Assembly: GCA_963514005.1 (NCBI GenBank)
Contig: OY740789.1
Coordinates: 62,310,001 to 62,374,000, forward strand
DNA length: 64,000 nucleotides
Reading direction: 5' to 3'
Origin: Raja brachyura
Lineage: Eukaryota
Shown: in pieces, positions 44,890-61,664 of the stretch
Position numbering within the stretch: the stretch's first letter is position 1
Layout: every line of letters starts with the position of its first letter
Translations under genes and position numbers: made by a program
Notes under the pieces: model-generated
Database searches by the model: none
What the model was told of the DNA's origin: nothing
What the model saw: only the letters and a program-made list of their open reading frames with translations

Positions 44890-46120
44890 ATCATTGAGTC
44901 GGAGTGTCATCCAGCACAGAAACTGTCTCTTCTGCCCTACTTGTCCATGCCGACCAGGTTTTAGAACAAAGCTAGTCGCTCTCCTATGCTCCGGAGAAAA
45001 TAGTCCCAGCCTATTCAGACTCTCCTTACATCTCAAATCCTCAAGTCCTGGTAACATCCTGATGAACCTTTTCTGCAAACTTGCCAGCTTGATAAAATCA
45101 TTACAATTGCTAGATGACCAGAACTACCCAACAAACTCCAAGTATGATTTCATCAACATTTTGTACAGCTGGAGCATGATGTTCTAACTCCTCTACTCAG
45201 TATCGTTACCAATGAAGACAAGCATGCCCAATTCTGCTTCCTTCACCCTGTCTACCTCTGTCGCTACTTTGAAGGAACAGTGCACCTTCACCCCTAAGTC
45301 TCTGCTCTACAAACACTTGCCAGGGCACCTCCATTTACTGTGAATATATTGCCCTGATTTAACATGCCACAATGTATCATGTCACACTTTTCTAAATTAA
45401 TTTCCATCTACCATTCCTTGGTCTACTGGCCCACTTGATTCCGATTTATTTGTAAACCTAGCTAGCCTTCCATACTGTCAATGTTGGTGTCATCCATAAA
45501 TTTGCTTAGCACATTAAACACATTTCATCCAAATCATCAATGTAGCTGAAAAACAATGGTAGACTCAGCACAGATTCATGAGGCACACCAATAGTCACTG
45601 ACCTCCTATAACAAAAATAACCCTCCACAACAACCCTCTGATTTCTTCCAACAAGCTAATTTTGAATCCAATTTGCCAGTGTCCCTGAATTCCACCTGAT
45701 CTGCCCCTTTGGACGGGCCTATAATTTGTGACCCTGCCAAACGCCTTGAGTTCATATCAATAACTTCCAATGCCTCCCCCTGAGCCAATCATCTTTGAAC
45801 ATCTTTGAATTTAAATGTCAAATTCATGAAACACTATTTCCCATGCACGATGACTTACTGGCTAATCCCAATCAGTTCTTGCTGGTAGTTCCTCTTCTGC
45901 AGAATCCCCTCCCATAAACAACTTACTGACTTGTAGTTCCTCAGCTTGTCCTTGCAACCCGTCTTAAATAAAGGTACAACATTAGCCACCCTCTAGTCTT
46001 TCAGGACTGCCCCCTTGGCTAAAGATAATGCCAATGTCTGCCAGGGCCCCAGTAACTTTTTCCCCAACCTCTCGCATTGTCTGACTATATATCTGGTTAA
46101 AGTCCTGGGGATTTATTCAC
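44890..46120 (-). mobile_element. Old CR1 LINE fragment
   Basis: QKRFIRMLPGLEDL..ESLNRLGLFS on the minus strand; RT remnants further on. Confidence 0.8.
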
Positions 46121-46161
46121 GTTATTTTTCTTTAAGATTATTTTTTTTAAGATTGTGTTAA

Positions 46162-46485
<324 letters not shown>

Positions 46486-46904
46486 TAATATTGGTATTCC
46501 TTGCATCATAAATTATAGAATGAAAGACAGGATTCTATTGTATACAAGAAATACTTGTTGTGCAAAGCCATTGGTTTATGCACTCATAGAAATTATTACA
46601 GATGTGAATTTAGTTTACACAAATGGGGCTATTTGATCTTATTTGGTACATGCCAATGCTTAGAAGTAAATGGGGAGAAGGTCGGAGAATGGGGTTGAGA
46701 GGGATAAATAGATTAGCCATGATCCAATGGGGGAGCAGACTCAATGAGTTGAATAGCTTAATTCAGTTCATATGTCTTATGATCTAATGGTTTAAAAATA
46801 GCAAAAGCTTAGCAGGTCGGGCAGTATCAATGGAAAGGAAAACTATTCGCATTTTAACTCAAAGGCTTGAATCTGTAATTTATTTGCATCAATTGCGCAT
46901 CTGG

Positions 46905-47335
46905 GCGGGTTAGGCAGCATCTCTGGAGAAAAAGGATGGGTGACATTTTGGGTTGGGACCCTTCTTCAGACCCTTGACTTTCTGATGAAGGGTCCTGACC
47001 CAAAATGTCACCCATCCTTTTTCTCCTGAGATGCTGCATAATCCACTGAGTTACTCCAGCATTTGTGTCTATCTTCAGCATAAACCAGCATCTGCAGTTC
47101 ATGTGTAGGAAAGAACTGCAGATGCTGGTTTAAATCGAAGGCAGACACAAAATGCTGGAGTAACTCAGAGGGACAGGCAGCATCTCTGGAGAGAAGGAAA
47201 GGATGACATTTTGAGTCGAGATCCTTCTTCAGAAGGTCAGGGGTCTGAAGAAGGGTCCCGATCCGAAATGTCACCCATTCCTTTTCTCCAGAGATGCTGC
47301 CTAACCCGCTGAGTTACTCCAGCATTTTGTGTCTA
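46905..47335. repeat. Double fold-back array of four Penelope pLTR arms with hammerhead motifs
   Basis: Arms in -,+,-,+ order; cores at 46982 (decayed) and 47245-47272. Confidence 0.88.
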
Positions 47336-47510
47336 TTTGTAGTTCATGTGTTTGCACAGTATTGTATATCATTTCTCGTAAGGAGGAAAGCATTGCCTAT
47401 TGGTACTTAATTTACATACAAATAAAATGCAGAGTCTTGTGTTGTTGTGTAGTTTGAATTCATAGGTGGAAATATAAAAATGTATTTGTTTAATATTTTC
47501 TGTTTTTTAG

Positions 47511-49307
<1,797 letters not shown>

Positions 49308-49709
49308 TAAGTGCTTGTTTTCCCAACTATGATGCCATTAGATATTCGGCACGTACAGGAAAAAGTAGGATGTCACTTTAAAATTAAGGCAGTTTCCATT
49401 TAGATATTCAATAAAATTCCAATCCTCGGATGTAATCCTCAGATTATCTTGTACTTTTGTTTAACTATGAAATTTTAATACCCATAGTTTTGTAACTTTT
49501 CCATGAAAATCATTTTAGAAAATGTCTCTTTTCATCTGTCCCTCCCAGCTCTTTCACTCATCTGATATCCTTCACTCTCTTCGCTTTACCTGACATCCTC
49601 TCCGTATCTTGTCTCTTAACCTGACACCCTTCCCCCACACTCCACTTGTCGCTTGACCTCCTACCTCTCTTCCCATGCCCCTTCTTGGTTCAAACTCCAC
49701 TGCTATTTC

Positions 49710-49943
49710 TCCAGAGAGCAATGCTGAACTACTATCTGCCTCTTTGATATCCCTCGGACTATCCTTGACCGGACTTTGCTGTCTTTACCTTGCACTAAAC
49801 GTTATTCCCTTATCATATATTTATACACTGTAAATGGATTGATTGTAATGTATTGTTTTTCTGGTGACTGGTTAGTACGCAACAAAAAGCTTTTCAGCGT
49901 ACCTCGGTACACGTGACAATAAACTAAACCAAAACTGAACTGA
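49710..49943 (+). mobile_element. Rex1-type LINE/SINE 3' tail
   Basis: ...cctcggtacacgtgacaataaactaaac; similar tail at ~56070-56185. Confidence 0.6.
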
Positions 49944-50669
49944 AAAGTTGCTTTCCCAATACATCTCCTTGTCCTACTGATATTTACATTCAGTTTGTAA
50001 TTATTGCAAACACAAGTTGATTGTCCATACATTTGTTGTTTTACTTGTAAGAGAGTACTATAGTTGGCAACACCTTCGATTTGACTTTTTTAGTTACTCC
50101 ACATTTCGTCAGGGATGCTTTTACTGAATAATCAACAGGTTTTAATTTTGCCCGTGGAATTTTTGTGTTAAGTATCTTAAGTGTATTAAGTATATTAAGT
50201 ATCTTAAGCTTTGGACATGAATGAAGGGAAAGTTCCTATGTAGTGATGCTGTTCCTCAGCTACTACAATAAAAGAGCACCATCTCCCTGACCAAAGTAAT
50301 GTGTGTGCACAGTTTAGCTCATTAGCCATTCCTAAATCTCTAAGATGATGACAAATCAAAGACAAATTTCTATCAGGCCATTCTTAACATTTTTTGTGAC
50401 TCTTCATGTATCGGACTTTTAAAGCCAGCAGATAGGCAACTAATCAATTCAAATTGAATTTCAAACTTGGTTTCAGAAGGGCAAGTTTGTCTCTTTTACT
50501 TTTCTGGTTCCAGACTTGTACTGATGCCACTGTCTAGGGATTGCATGGATAAATCTCACTCCTTCTACTAAGACCCCCTAGTCTTATTATAGGTATATAT
50601 GCAACTGATTTGATAAGTTATTGTTGACTCCTGCCATTTTATTTTGTGTACTGCAGGTTTTATGATTAA

Positions 50670-50804
<135 letters not shown>

Positions 50805-50874
50805 TAAATCTTCAAATATGGCAATTACTTTATATTTGAATAGACTGCAGTAATCCAGTATCACAGGTACAAAG

Positions 50875-50973
50875 AACCTGAAGAAGGGTCTTGATCCGAA
50901 ACATCACCCATTCCTTCTCTCCAGAGATGCTGCCTGTCCCACAGAGTTACTCCAGCTTTTTGTGCCAATCTTG
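50875..50973 (+). mobile_element. Solo ~99-bp Penelope pLTR insertion starting at the hammerhead core
   Basis: ctgaagaagggtcttgatccgaaacatc (50878-50905); 9-bp TSD ggtacaaag (50866-50874 / 50974-50982). Confidence 0.85.
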
Positions 50974-51651
50974 GGTACAAAGGGGGACTGCTTTGTGCAT
51001 CAGTAATTTGCTTATTTAATTGTTGTAAAATTGAAAATAGTTGATTCCCATGCTTTATCAAATTTATTCAGGAGATCAAACCTTTTCTTTGCCATTCTGT
51101 TGTTTTGCGACTCGCACAAAAATACATTCCTTTTGGACTCCCATCTTTCATTGATATACGGTATCTATATTCAGATATTGAATCTGAGCAGGAGCAGGCC
51201 ACTCAGCTTTTAAGACTACTTGTCCATTTATTTAGATCATAGTTGACATGCATTTCCATATCTTGCACTTTCTTTCAATCCAAATTCCTTGTCAAATGTC
51301 TTGAACTGCAAATTTTTTAACAGTAACATAATTTTTGGGAAAAATTGCGGATATTTGTTGACCTGTTAGCCAAACATGCACTTGAAAAACTATTGCCAGT
51401 GTTCCTAATGACATTCAAACATACAAGAGTGACAATGTGCAAATTAATTGTGACATTATAATGATGAGCTGATTTCCTCAGTTCTCACAATCTGCACAGT
51501 TGCTGCATCAGGCCAGGAATGTCACCAAATGACAAAGGAAAAATTCATTACTGGAGATACATTTGGGTTGCACCTTATAATGTCACCTGGTAATTTAAAT
51601 TTCTATCAGCTGTCTTTAATACCCAGTTATGGTGAACAGTCTTCTATTGTT

Positions 51652-51737
51652 GGTTACACAAAAAGCTGGAGAAACTCAGCGGGTGCAGCAGCATCTAAGG
51701 AGCGAAGGAGATAGGCGACGTTTCGGGTCCAGACCCT
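51652..51737 (-). mobile_element. Solo ~86-bp Penelope pLTR insertion, same subfamily as 37693-39098
   Basis: Near-identical to the reverse complement of ~39012-39097; 12-bp TSD tcttctattgtt (51640-51651 / 51738-51749). Confidence 0.88.
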
Positions 51738-52184
51738 TCTTCTATTGTTTCTTGATATTATGTCTTAACATTGTACTTTAAAGCCATGTAAATGAAAAAT
51801 CTTGTTATTTATGCTTGATGCATTACCCTCTGTCTATATAAGTATTTTTTGTTGGCAATAAATCTAGGAGAAACATAATGCTTTGTTACATTTTGAGGTC
51901 TTCAGTTGGAAAGACTGTTTCAAGAACTAGAAAATTCATTTTGAGGCTTTTAGGGAATTTGGATTTTTTTTGTGATCCTTTGAATGTGTTGAACATGTTT
52001 CACAATATTTTGACAGGAGCAAGTGGGACTGCTTATTTTCTTTGGGTAATCGAGGAAACCACTCATTTCAACTTTTGCATTTGAATCTTGAATGATGTGG
52101 ATCATGTTTACCAGCAATAATCACCAGTCTGGGAATTACTCTCTGCTGGGTGATGTGTTGTATGTTCACCAAACTAGTAAAAAC

Positions 52185-52485
52185 ATTTAGTTTAGAGATA
52201 CAGCACGGTAACAAGCGCTTCAACCCACCGAGTCCGTGCCGACCAGCAACTTATGTTATCCTATACACACGAGAGGCAATTTACAATTATATCATGCAAA
52301 TGAACCTCCAAACCTGTATGTCTTTGGAGTGTGGGAGGAAACCGGATGGCCCTGAGAAAACCCACATAGTTCATGGGGAGAATGTACAAATTCTGTACAG
52401 GCAAGCACCCGTGGCCTGGATTGTACCTGAGTCACTTGCGCTGTAAGGACAACAACTCTACCGCAGAGGCCACCGCGCAGCCCTA
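52185..52485 (-). mobile_element. HE1-like V-SINE
   Basis: tttagtttagagatacagcacgg tail; tctttggagtgtgggaggaaaccgg core. Confidence 0.8.
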
Positions 52486-52883
52486 TTTGCAAATTATAAA
52501 TCTCATTGCAAGTAAATTAAAGTTCCTATGATGAAATTTTCAAATGCATATATATGGGTAATTAAATATGCCTTCAGAAGGACGCCTAGAAGCTGCTTCT
52601 GGTCAGCTTATATTTATTTTGCCCTTGGAACCAAAGTTCAAATCCACTCTAGGCTAATTCAATCGGTCAGATTTCTTTGAAAATTGTTAAGATCTTAAGT
52701 AGAAAATGCACAATTCTGATCTAATCTCCAGTGCTGTATAATAGCTAACCCTGGGCTATAAATAATACTGGTGCAGTTAAATACGAATATTGGATTAAAA
52801 AGTGCATCTGTAAGATTGCAACTCGGATACATTACCAAAAGGGAGTTGAGAAAGTAATTTAACTTAATGCCACATTGCAATTC

Positions 52884-53330
52884 ACCAAGGAGAGGAAAAG
52901 ACTACAAAAAGTAGTAAACACTGCCCAGTCCATCATCGGCTCTGACCTTCCTTCCATCGAGGGGATTTATCGCAGTCGCTGCCTCAAAAAGGCTGGCAGC
53001 ATCATCAAGGACCCACACCACCCTGGCCACACACTCATCTCCCTGCTACCTTCGGGTAGAAGGTACAGGAGCCTTAAGACTGCAACAACCCGGTTTAGGA
53101 ATAGCTACTTCCCCACAGCCATCAGGCTATTAAACTTAGCTCGGAACTCTGAACATTAATATCCCATCTGTTATGTGCACTTTATTAATTTATTAATTCA
53201 TGGGTGTATTTACGTATATAATTGTAGTCAATGCCTTCTATGTTCTGTTGTGCTATGCAAAGAAAGATTTTCATTGTCCTGTCAGGGACACATGACAATA
53301 AACTCTTTTGACTCTTTTGACTTTGACTTT
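52884..53330 (+). mobile_element. Rex1/Babar LINE 3' end
   Basis: RKRLQKVVNTAQSIIG...HPGHTLISLLPSGRRYRS...SYFPTAIRLLN*; gacaataaa then (tttgac)n tail. Confidence 0.9.
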
Positions 53331-54449
53331 TTGACCATGTTGTGCTTGTTGGAATGAAATGCTTGTTTGGTGAGTGTCACTTTGATCATGTCTCCCATCT
53401 TCTTGGATATCTCTTCCATTCGGTTTTTTCCACTCAAGTTTAGATCCTCTGTACTGCATCTAAAATAGTCTGAATCAGTCTTTTCTATCACCCTCAAAAG
53501 ATACAATTGGCGCAATTTTCATGTGCTCCTAGGCAAGGGTTATTTGGTTCTATTACCGCAGAATTATTGACCTCTTTACGGTCTTTTTATTTTTCTGCCA
53601 GACTCAAGTTGTTAAAAATCATCTATAGCTTCCAGCTTATTTGACATTGTAGAGGTATCCTATTTTAGGCTCCCATACTCTCATAAATTGACACCATCCT
53701 TGTCATTCAACAACCATTCTTTCTCTTTAATTATTTTCATAGGTTTTGTACGTCTGTTCTCTTCTCAGTACTTGCCCAAACACAATTAGCCGCAGGAAGT
53801 TGACATTCTAAAAATAATTAATTAATATTTGAATTATATTCTTCACCAAATGTCGGTCAATCCTCACAGTTTTTCTTAATAAATAAATCCTTTAAAAAAT
53901 GTATTTAATTGTGTTTCTTTCAAGATTTCAGATGTGCCAAGCAAGCTAATAATAAGATAGATGTCAGTCTGACTTAGAATTTCAGGAGCATTTGTACAAT
54001 GTGCATTTTCTCAGCTAACATTGTTTATGAGCCATGCTGGAAGGATGGTAGATAGTTTAGCATAATGGGCAATCGGATGGAGGTCATAGCTGAAAAGTTA
54101 AAATTAAGGAAAACAAAATCTTAAATATTGTTACTTGAAATTCTGCACTTGCAAGTGCAGAAATATCATAATTTGAAAACGCATGTATCATAATCACCAG
54201 GTTTACTTGAGAATTGTGCAAGAGAACAGGCAAGTTGCATCAGATTAATAGTTTACAACAGATTATGTTGTATACACCAGGGTGCAATGAAATTCCTAAT
54301 TCACGTGAAGTTCACAAAGTAAACGGTATAATACAGTCATGATATTTACAGTGGTAATTGTAGTAACGTCTTTAGCTATGATTTGCACATTGCTGCAACA
54401 ACATAGCTTTGATTGCAAACAAGGAGAGTATGGGAAGTGCTTTCAGTAA

Positions 54450-55124
54450 TGGGCCTGTCCCACTGAGGCGATTTTTAAGGCGCCTACAGGGTAACTTGGC
54501 TGTCGCCACATGTTCGCGGGTGGTCGCTGGGGTGTCGCCTGTATGGACGTGAGTAGTCTCCTCAGTCACGCAAAGAGTCGTAGTGTCTTTCCCATCTTCC
54601 CAACTCCCCTGCGTTTCTCCAGCATTTTTGTCTACCTTCAATTTTTCCAGCATCTGCTTTCTTTCTTCAACATAGCGTCTCTCTGGTCGCCGCAAAATTT
54701 TCAACATGTTGAAAATTTTTCGGCGACAGTGGGTTTGACGCGCATGAGCATATCTTGACTTCTCCAAACGTAGGTACTATGGTAGGTTGTCGCCAGGATG
54801 GCGTAGGTTGTCGCCGGTGCTGATGTCGGTGAATTCCATTGGCGACTACCTACATTAGCCGGCAACAGGTACCAGTGACTGAATTGTCTTACCTTGTCGT
54901 AGCTTGTCGCGGGTGGACGTAGGTTGTCATAAGTGTAGTCATATCAGAACGTCCTAATGGTCGCCGGTTGTCGGTAGCTTGTCGTGGCCTGACGTCGACT
55001 ACGAGGTATGTGCTGGTAGACATTGTCATAGACATTGTCGTAGGGGGTTCCAGTTGCTGGCTTTTTGGCGACCTGCGACGACTATGACAGTCGCTGAAAA
55101 AATTTCCTAAGTTGGACAGGCCCA
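54450..55124. mobile_element. PIF/Harbinger-type non-autonomous element (~675 bp) containing a pLTR fragment (~54600-54670)
   Basis: TIRs tgggcctgtcccact / agttggacaggccca; TAA TSD at 54447-54449 and 55125-55127; internal gtcg-rich repeats. Confidence 0.88.
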
Positions 55125-55412
55125 TAAAGTTTCTCAATAATGAGACTGCAGAAAAAAATTGGTAATTTGTTTTACAATTCTCACAGTATTTACAACTGAA
55201 CCATATAGCTTGAAACTACAATTAGTATTCCTGCAGGTATCTCTGATTCATTCTCTGATTCAACATAAATCTAGAATTTTTGTACCAGTTTTATACATGT
55301 CTGTAATTATGTTTGTTCCAATATGAGATCGCTAATTGATTGTATGTCAGGCTAGCAATGATTTCAGAAGATTTCAGAAATAGAAGCACAGCTTATGATG
55401 CATTGCATTTAA

Positions 55413-55706
<294 letters not shown>

Positions 55707-56761
55707 TAATAAAGCAATAATCAGTGGCCTAGAACATTTTACACTTAGTTATTTTATTCCCTCTGCACACAGAAAATCAGTTGTTTCCAAAGTGCCACTC
55801 TGAAACGCAATTGGCCGGTATGAATTACGCATGTGTAATTTCTGCATCAGGCGAGCATTGAGTGAGAAAATTCCCTATGAAAAATTTAATTTGTGTGTTT
55901 TCCCTTGCAAATTAAGCTCGTAATGTTGTGAGGTGCATCTATCATTGGTATGCTCAGAAAAAAACATAATGTGGCACTGAAGCCAGTCAACTCTTAGCTG
56001 GTCCCATAAATTGATCTGCAATCGTTCATCCACTCTTTTAAGCATCTACGACACAGATTCCCTTTCTCCAGTATTTGTACACTGTGGACAGCTTTATTGT
56101 AATCATGTATAGTCTTTCCATTGACTGGTTAGCATGCAACAAAGAAGTGTTACATTGTACCTCGGTAAACTAAGCTAAACTAAACTTGTGCTGCCCGCAG
56201 ATCATGTACCAGCCAATAGTGAGACGTAACTCTGAGTTCTCCTTCGGTAACTTGGAACCATCTATCACTACAGTACTATACACCCCCACCAAAATTTCTA
56301 TCAAATCTGATTGATATCCCTGGTGCATGCCTCTTCTTCACACAATATGCACCTGACGAGTGCTGTTGATTGATTCCCGTGAAAATCCGAGAACTGAAGT
56401 GCAATAATTTTTGTATGTCAAAAAATGTTTTGTCTACAATTTGAGCTCAAGTTCATATTAAAACAGAACAGTGTTAGTTAAGAGGCCAGACTAAATCAGA
56501 ATGTACACCATGTCAACCAGTAAAGTGTAACCATGTGTTTAAAACTCAAACTGGGGCTCTGAAAATAAAAGAAGGCTTACCAATGTAGCATTGTGTCACA
56601 GATAAGAAGTTACCAGTTACCGTTTCACATTAATTCCTTATGGCAAGCTTGAATGTATGTTTATCGGGTAGGATTAGAGTTAGTGTGGCTTTATACTTCA
56701 TATCTGATTAAATAGCCAGGATTGAGTGCCACACTGATTGAGTGCCACACTGAGTCAAGCT

Positions 56762-56931
56762 GTAATTTCTACATGGTGAAACCAAAATGTATAAAAATAC
56801 CCTTTCATAAAATCTGACAATGTGCACTTTAACCACATGTGATTTTTTACTATTACAAATTTCAAATTGTGGCGTACAGAGGCAAATAAATAAATGATGG
56901 GTCTTTGTCCCAAACATTATGGAGGGCACTG
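56762..56931. mobile_element. Tc1-type terminal inverted repeat fragment
   Basis: Ends ...caaacattatggagggcactg|ta. Confidence 0.65.
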
Positions 56932-56939
56932 TATGTCCT

Positions 56940-57345
56940 GAAATGCATTTATAAAACAAACAATAACATTGCAAAGACAAAAATAATGCCCAAGTCTATA
57001 TCGTTTGGAGCTTTTCTGGGGGTTGGACTGTTTAATAGCCTGCTGATTATTGAGAAGACGCTGCTCCTGAAACTAGACATTATAGTTTTCAGGCTTCTCT
57101 ATCTTCGTCCTGGTGGCAGGAGTGAAATGAGCATGTGGCCAGGATAGTGCGTGTCTCTGATGATGATGGCTGCCTATTTGAGCCAGTGGCTTCTGTAGAT
57201 CGTTTGATATGGGGAGGTCAGTACCCGTGATGGACTGAACAGTGTTCACCATATTTTGCAATCTTCTGCGCATTTGAGTTGACAAACCAGGCCATGATGC
57301 AACCAGTCAATACTCTCTCTACTGCACAGCTGTATTATTTTAATG
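56940..57345 (-). mobile_element. Rex1/Babar LINE 3' fragment
   Basis: RRRLQNMVNTVQSITGTDLP on the minus strand. Confidence 0.8.
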
Positions 57346-57346
57346 A

Positions 57347-57757
<411 letters not shown>

Positions 57758-58611
57758 TAAGCTTTATTGAGTGTTTTCTGCTGACATTCGTGACAGGTAG
57801 CATAGAATTGAAGTAAAATACAAAAATATAAAAGTAAAAAATTGAGATAAACATTGAGTTGATAAACACTTTATTTAGCTAAGTTTGCTTAGATGAAGGG
57901 GATTAATCAAGAATGCATATTTCTAATGTAACAATTTTCATGGCATGCTTACATTTACGTTCACTAGAGAACAAAGTAAAATAGAGCGTAATCTATGTAA
58001 AAGTAAATAATTAACAGAGCTTCAATCTAGAGATAGAGACATTGGATATTTTTATTTAAAATCTTTATTCGTAGTAATTATTTTCATTTGGGGTATTCAG
58101 GAGCTGAACTGTGAGAATTCTGCAATGTATCACCAACATGCAGCTTTGAACAAGTAGCATGATGTGTGTCAAGCCAAGCTGGTCCTGGCTGAGATATTTT
58201 AAATTGTGCTCTGCTGTCCTGAGAGTTGTCATTGAAAGACAGAACAGCCTTGGCAAGGTCCTTAATGCTGTTTGGAGCAGAGCACACAGGAATAGTGGGA
58301 TATGCGAAAGAGAGAATAAAATCAACAAAGTGGCGAATGTTAAACAAATGGATTCCATGGCAATTCAATGCTTCATAAAGTAAAATGTTGTTAATCCAGC
58401 ACATTTGTGATTTTGGTGGGTCCAGAACAGCAGATCTTCTGTACAATTGAAAGATACTCCTATGGCTCTGGCCACAAACCTACCCTCATTCTTGACCTCA
58501 GGAGTGCCTGAGTTACAAATCCAGCTCAGGCTACATGTCTGCTCCATCTGGCCACACTCTGGACTAATGCGCAAGTTGGTTGCCATGATTTCTGAACTAT
58601 GGCAACTATTG

Positions 58612-58927
58612 ACTTTGGACTTTAGAAATACAGTGTGGAAACAGGGCCTCGGGCCCACCCAGTCCTTGCTGACCAGCGATCCTTCTTCAGTAGCACTAAT
58701 CTACACTTGAGAGACAGTTTATAATTTTTTACTGAAGCTAATTAACCTAAAAACCTCTATGTCTTTCGAGTGTGGGAGGAAACCGGAGCACCCAAAGCAA
58801 ACCCACTTGTCACAGGGAGAACGTACAAACTCCATACAGACAGCACCCATAGTCAGGATTTAGTCAGGATTGAACCTGGGTCCCTGACGCTGTGAGGCAG
58901 CAACTCTACTGCAGTGCTACTGTGCCG
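58612..58927 (-). mobile_element. HE1-like V-SINE
   Basis: gtgggaggaaaccggagcaccc...cacagggagaacgtacaaactcc...gattgaacctgggtccctg. Confidence 0.85.
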
Positions 58928-58964
58928 TCCCTGATGCTGGATTATCAGAGTTGTTCTGTTTTGA

Positions 58965-59640
58965 AGAAAGTGAAGAAAGCAAATGGTATGTTAGCATTCA
59001 TAGCGAAAGGATTTGAGTATAGGAGCAGGGAGGTTCTACTGCAGTTGTACAGGGTTTTGGTGAGGCCACACCTGGAGTACTGCGTACAGTTTTGGTCTCC
59101 AAATCTGAGGAAAGACATCCTTGCCATAGAGGGGGTACAGAGAAGATTCACCAGACTGATTCCTGGGATGTCAGGACTTTCATATGAGGAAAGATTGGAT
59201 AGACTCGGTTTGTACTCGATGGAATTTAGAAGATTGAGGGGGGATCTTATAGAAACCTACAAAATTCTTAAGGGGTTGGACAAGCTAGATGCTGGAAGAT
59301 TGTTCCCGATGTTGGGGGAGTCCAGAACAAGGGGTCACAGTCTAAGGATAAGGGGGAATTCCTTTAGGACCGAAATGAGGAAAACATTCTTTACACAGAG
59401 AGTGGTGAGTCTCTGGAATTCTCTGCCACAGAAGGTAGTTGAGGCCAGTTCATTGGCTATATTTAAGAGGGCGTTAGATGTGGCACTTGTGGCTAAAGGG
59501 ATCAGGGGGTATGGAGAGAAGGCAGGTACGGGATACTGAGTTGGATGATCAGCCATGATCACATTGAATGGCGGTGCAGGCTCGAAGGGCCGAATGGCCT
59601 ACTCCTGCACCTATTTTCTATGTTTCTATGTTTCTATGTT
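58965..59640 (+). mobile_element. Young CR1 LINE 3' fragment (open frame to the stop at 59539)
   Basis: ORF 58892..59539 KKANGMLAFIAKGFEYRSREVLLQLYRVLVRPHLEYC; (tttctatg)n tail. Confidence 0.95.
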
Positions 59641-59659
59641 TTGAGATGATCATTGTTAA

Positions 59660-59986
<327 letters not shown>

Positions 59987-60627
59987 TGATCTACAACCCC
60001 TGCTGGATGGGCAAGGGGAGAACATTCGGTGGTAGATTTTAAAATTGAATTAGATAAATATTGACAGCAATTGTAAGGGGCGGAGGGAAAAGGCAGAAAG
60101 TCAACTAACTGGATTGCTCTTCAATTTCTAACTGGGTTTCTAGACTTTTGTTCCATATGCATTGTACACCAGGAAAACTGCATGGACAAAATTATGTCGC
60201 CGGGGGGGGATTAAAAAACCTATAGATATTTATTCATGGCTAATGGCATCTTTAGTATGTAAGAAGTATTTCAATGTAAATCACAAAAAGGCTCCAAAAA
60301 TAACAGACCCTATGGTTGAAAGTGAATGTGTGGATTGACATGGTTTAAAACTGGATGGTGTTAAATGGGCGATGGGTGACAGTAGAGTATTGGCCATTAA
60401 TACAATACAAAATCCTTGCATTTAAAAAAAAATAATTGTTTGTTAATATCCTCTTAAGGGAGTCTTTTTTTACTTGTATGTTTTTGATGTTGTGTAGCTC
60501 AAAGATATGATCTCCAGTTGTGAGATTGAAGGGCATATTTTTTTTCCATGTTCACATCATGCTGATATTTTCTTGATTAAAATATTCCTTGGTGGCAGAG
60601 CAAGGCTGGGGCAATTTGTGAACTTAG

Positions 60628-60774
<147 letters not shown>

Positions 60775-61194
60775 TGATTTAATGATTTCAAGGATGGTGG
60801 ATTGTGCACTCATGCTGGATTTCTGCCCATCAAAGCACATGCACTATTTCAAGTGCCAGGGGTTGTTCCTGAAATACTGGAAAGCCTAAGACATGGTTGT
60901 CACAAACTGTTGCAATGATAAATATTTGATAAGCTTCAGCTGTAGCAGGTTAATTACCTAATTGTTGGCTTGCTTCCAGGTGTGATAATTAAGCATCAAA
61001 ATTTGTTGTGAAAAACTGAGATTTCAGATATTAGGATATATTAGCAAAGAGATAGGAGAACAACTATTGAGGTAATTTATTGGAATAATAAATTGAATCA
61101 GAAATCCAGCAATGTGTCATACCAATTATTTAAAAGACATCCCGCAACCTCCCCCTCATCTCTTTATGCGGGTCATCTCCCTTGTACTTCCAAG

Positions 61195-61430
61195 ACAGAC
61201 ACACAATGCTGGAGTAACTAAGCGGGTCAGGCGGCATCTATGGAGAAAATGAACAGGTGACCCTTCTTCAGACTGTGAGTCGGGGGGCTCTTGTACTCCT
61301 TTCAGTCCAAATGAAGAGTCCTGACGCAAAATGTAAATGGTCCATTTCCCTCCATAGGCTCTGCCTGACTTGCTGAGTTCCTCCAGCTTATTGCAGTGCC
61401 AAAATTCTGAATCTGCTGTCTTCTGAGTCT
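61195..61430. repeat. Minus-strand pLTR copy inserted next to an older plus-strand pLTR copy
   Basis: Opposed arms; cttgtact duplicated at ~61181 and ~61290. Confidence 0.65.
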
Positions 61431-61664
61431 CTATTTAAAAGATGCATCATTTCAAATTATTTTGATTTGTTGTGTTCAAACAGCTGAAAACTCCTGACCA
61501 GTTAATTTAAAGGCGACATCTGTGATAGGAATAGCAGTTATATTTCAACTTCAGAACCCTTCATTGGACCAGGCTATGAGAAAAAAAAGTTTAGTTTCCA
61601 GTGGGGGAGGAATGTGTAAAACAAGGAAAACATCTCAGATAGTGTAAGTTTGTGTTGTCTGTTG

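Noticed and set aside
46905-47335. CRISPR array or miRNA cluster
   Set aside because: Eukaryotic context; the repeats are inverted Penelope termini without unique spacers.
58065-58600. Possible old RTE-type LINE remnant or antisense ORFs
   Set aside because: Resemblance too faint to call without a search.
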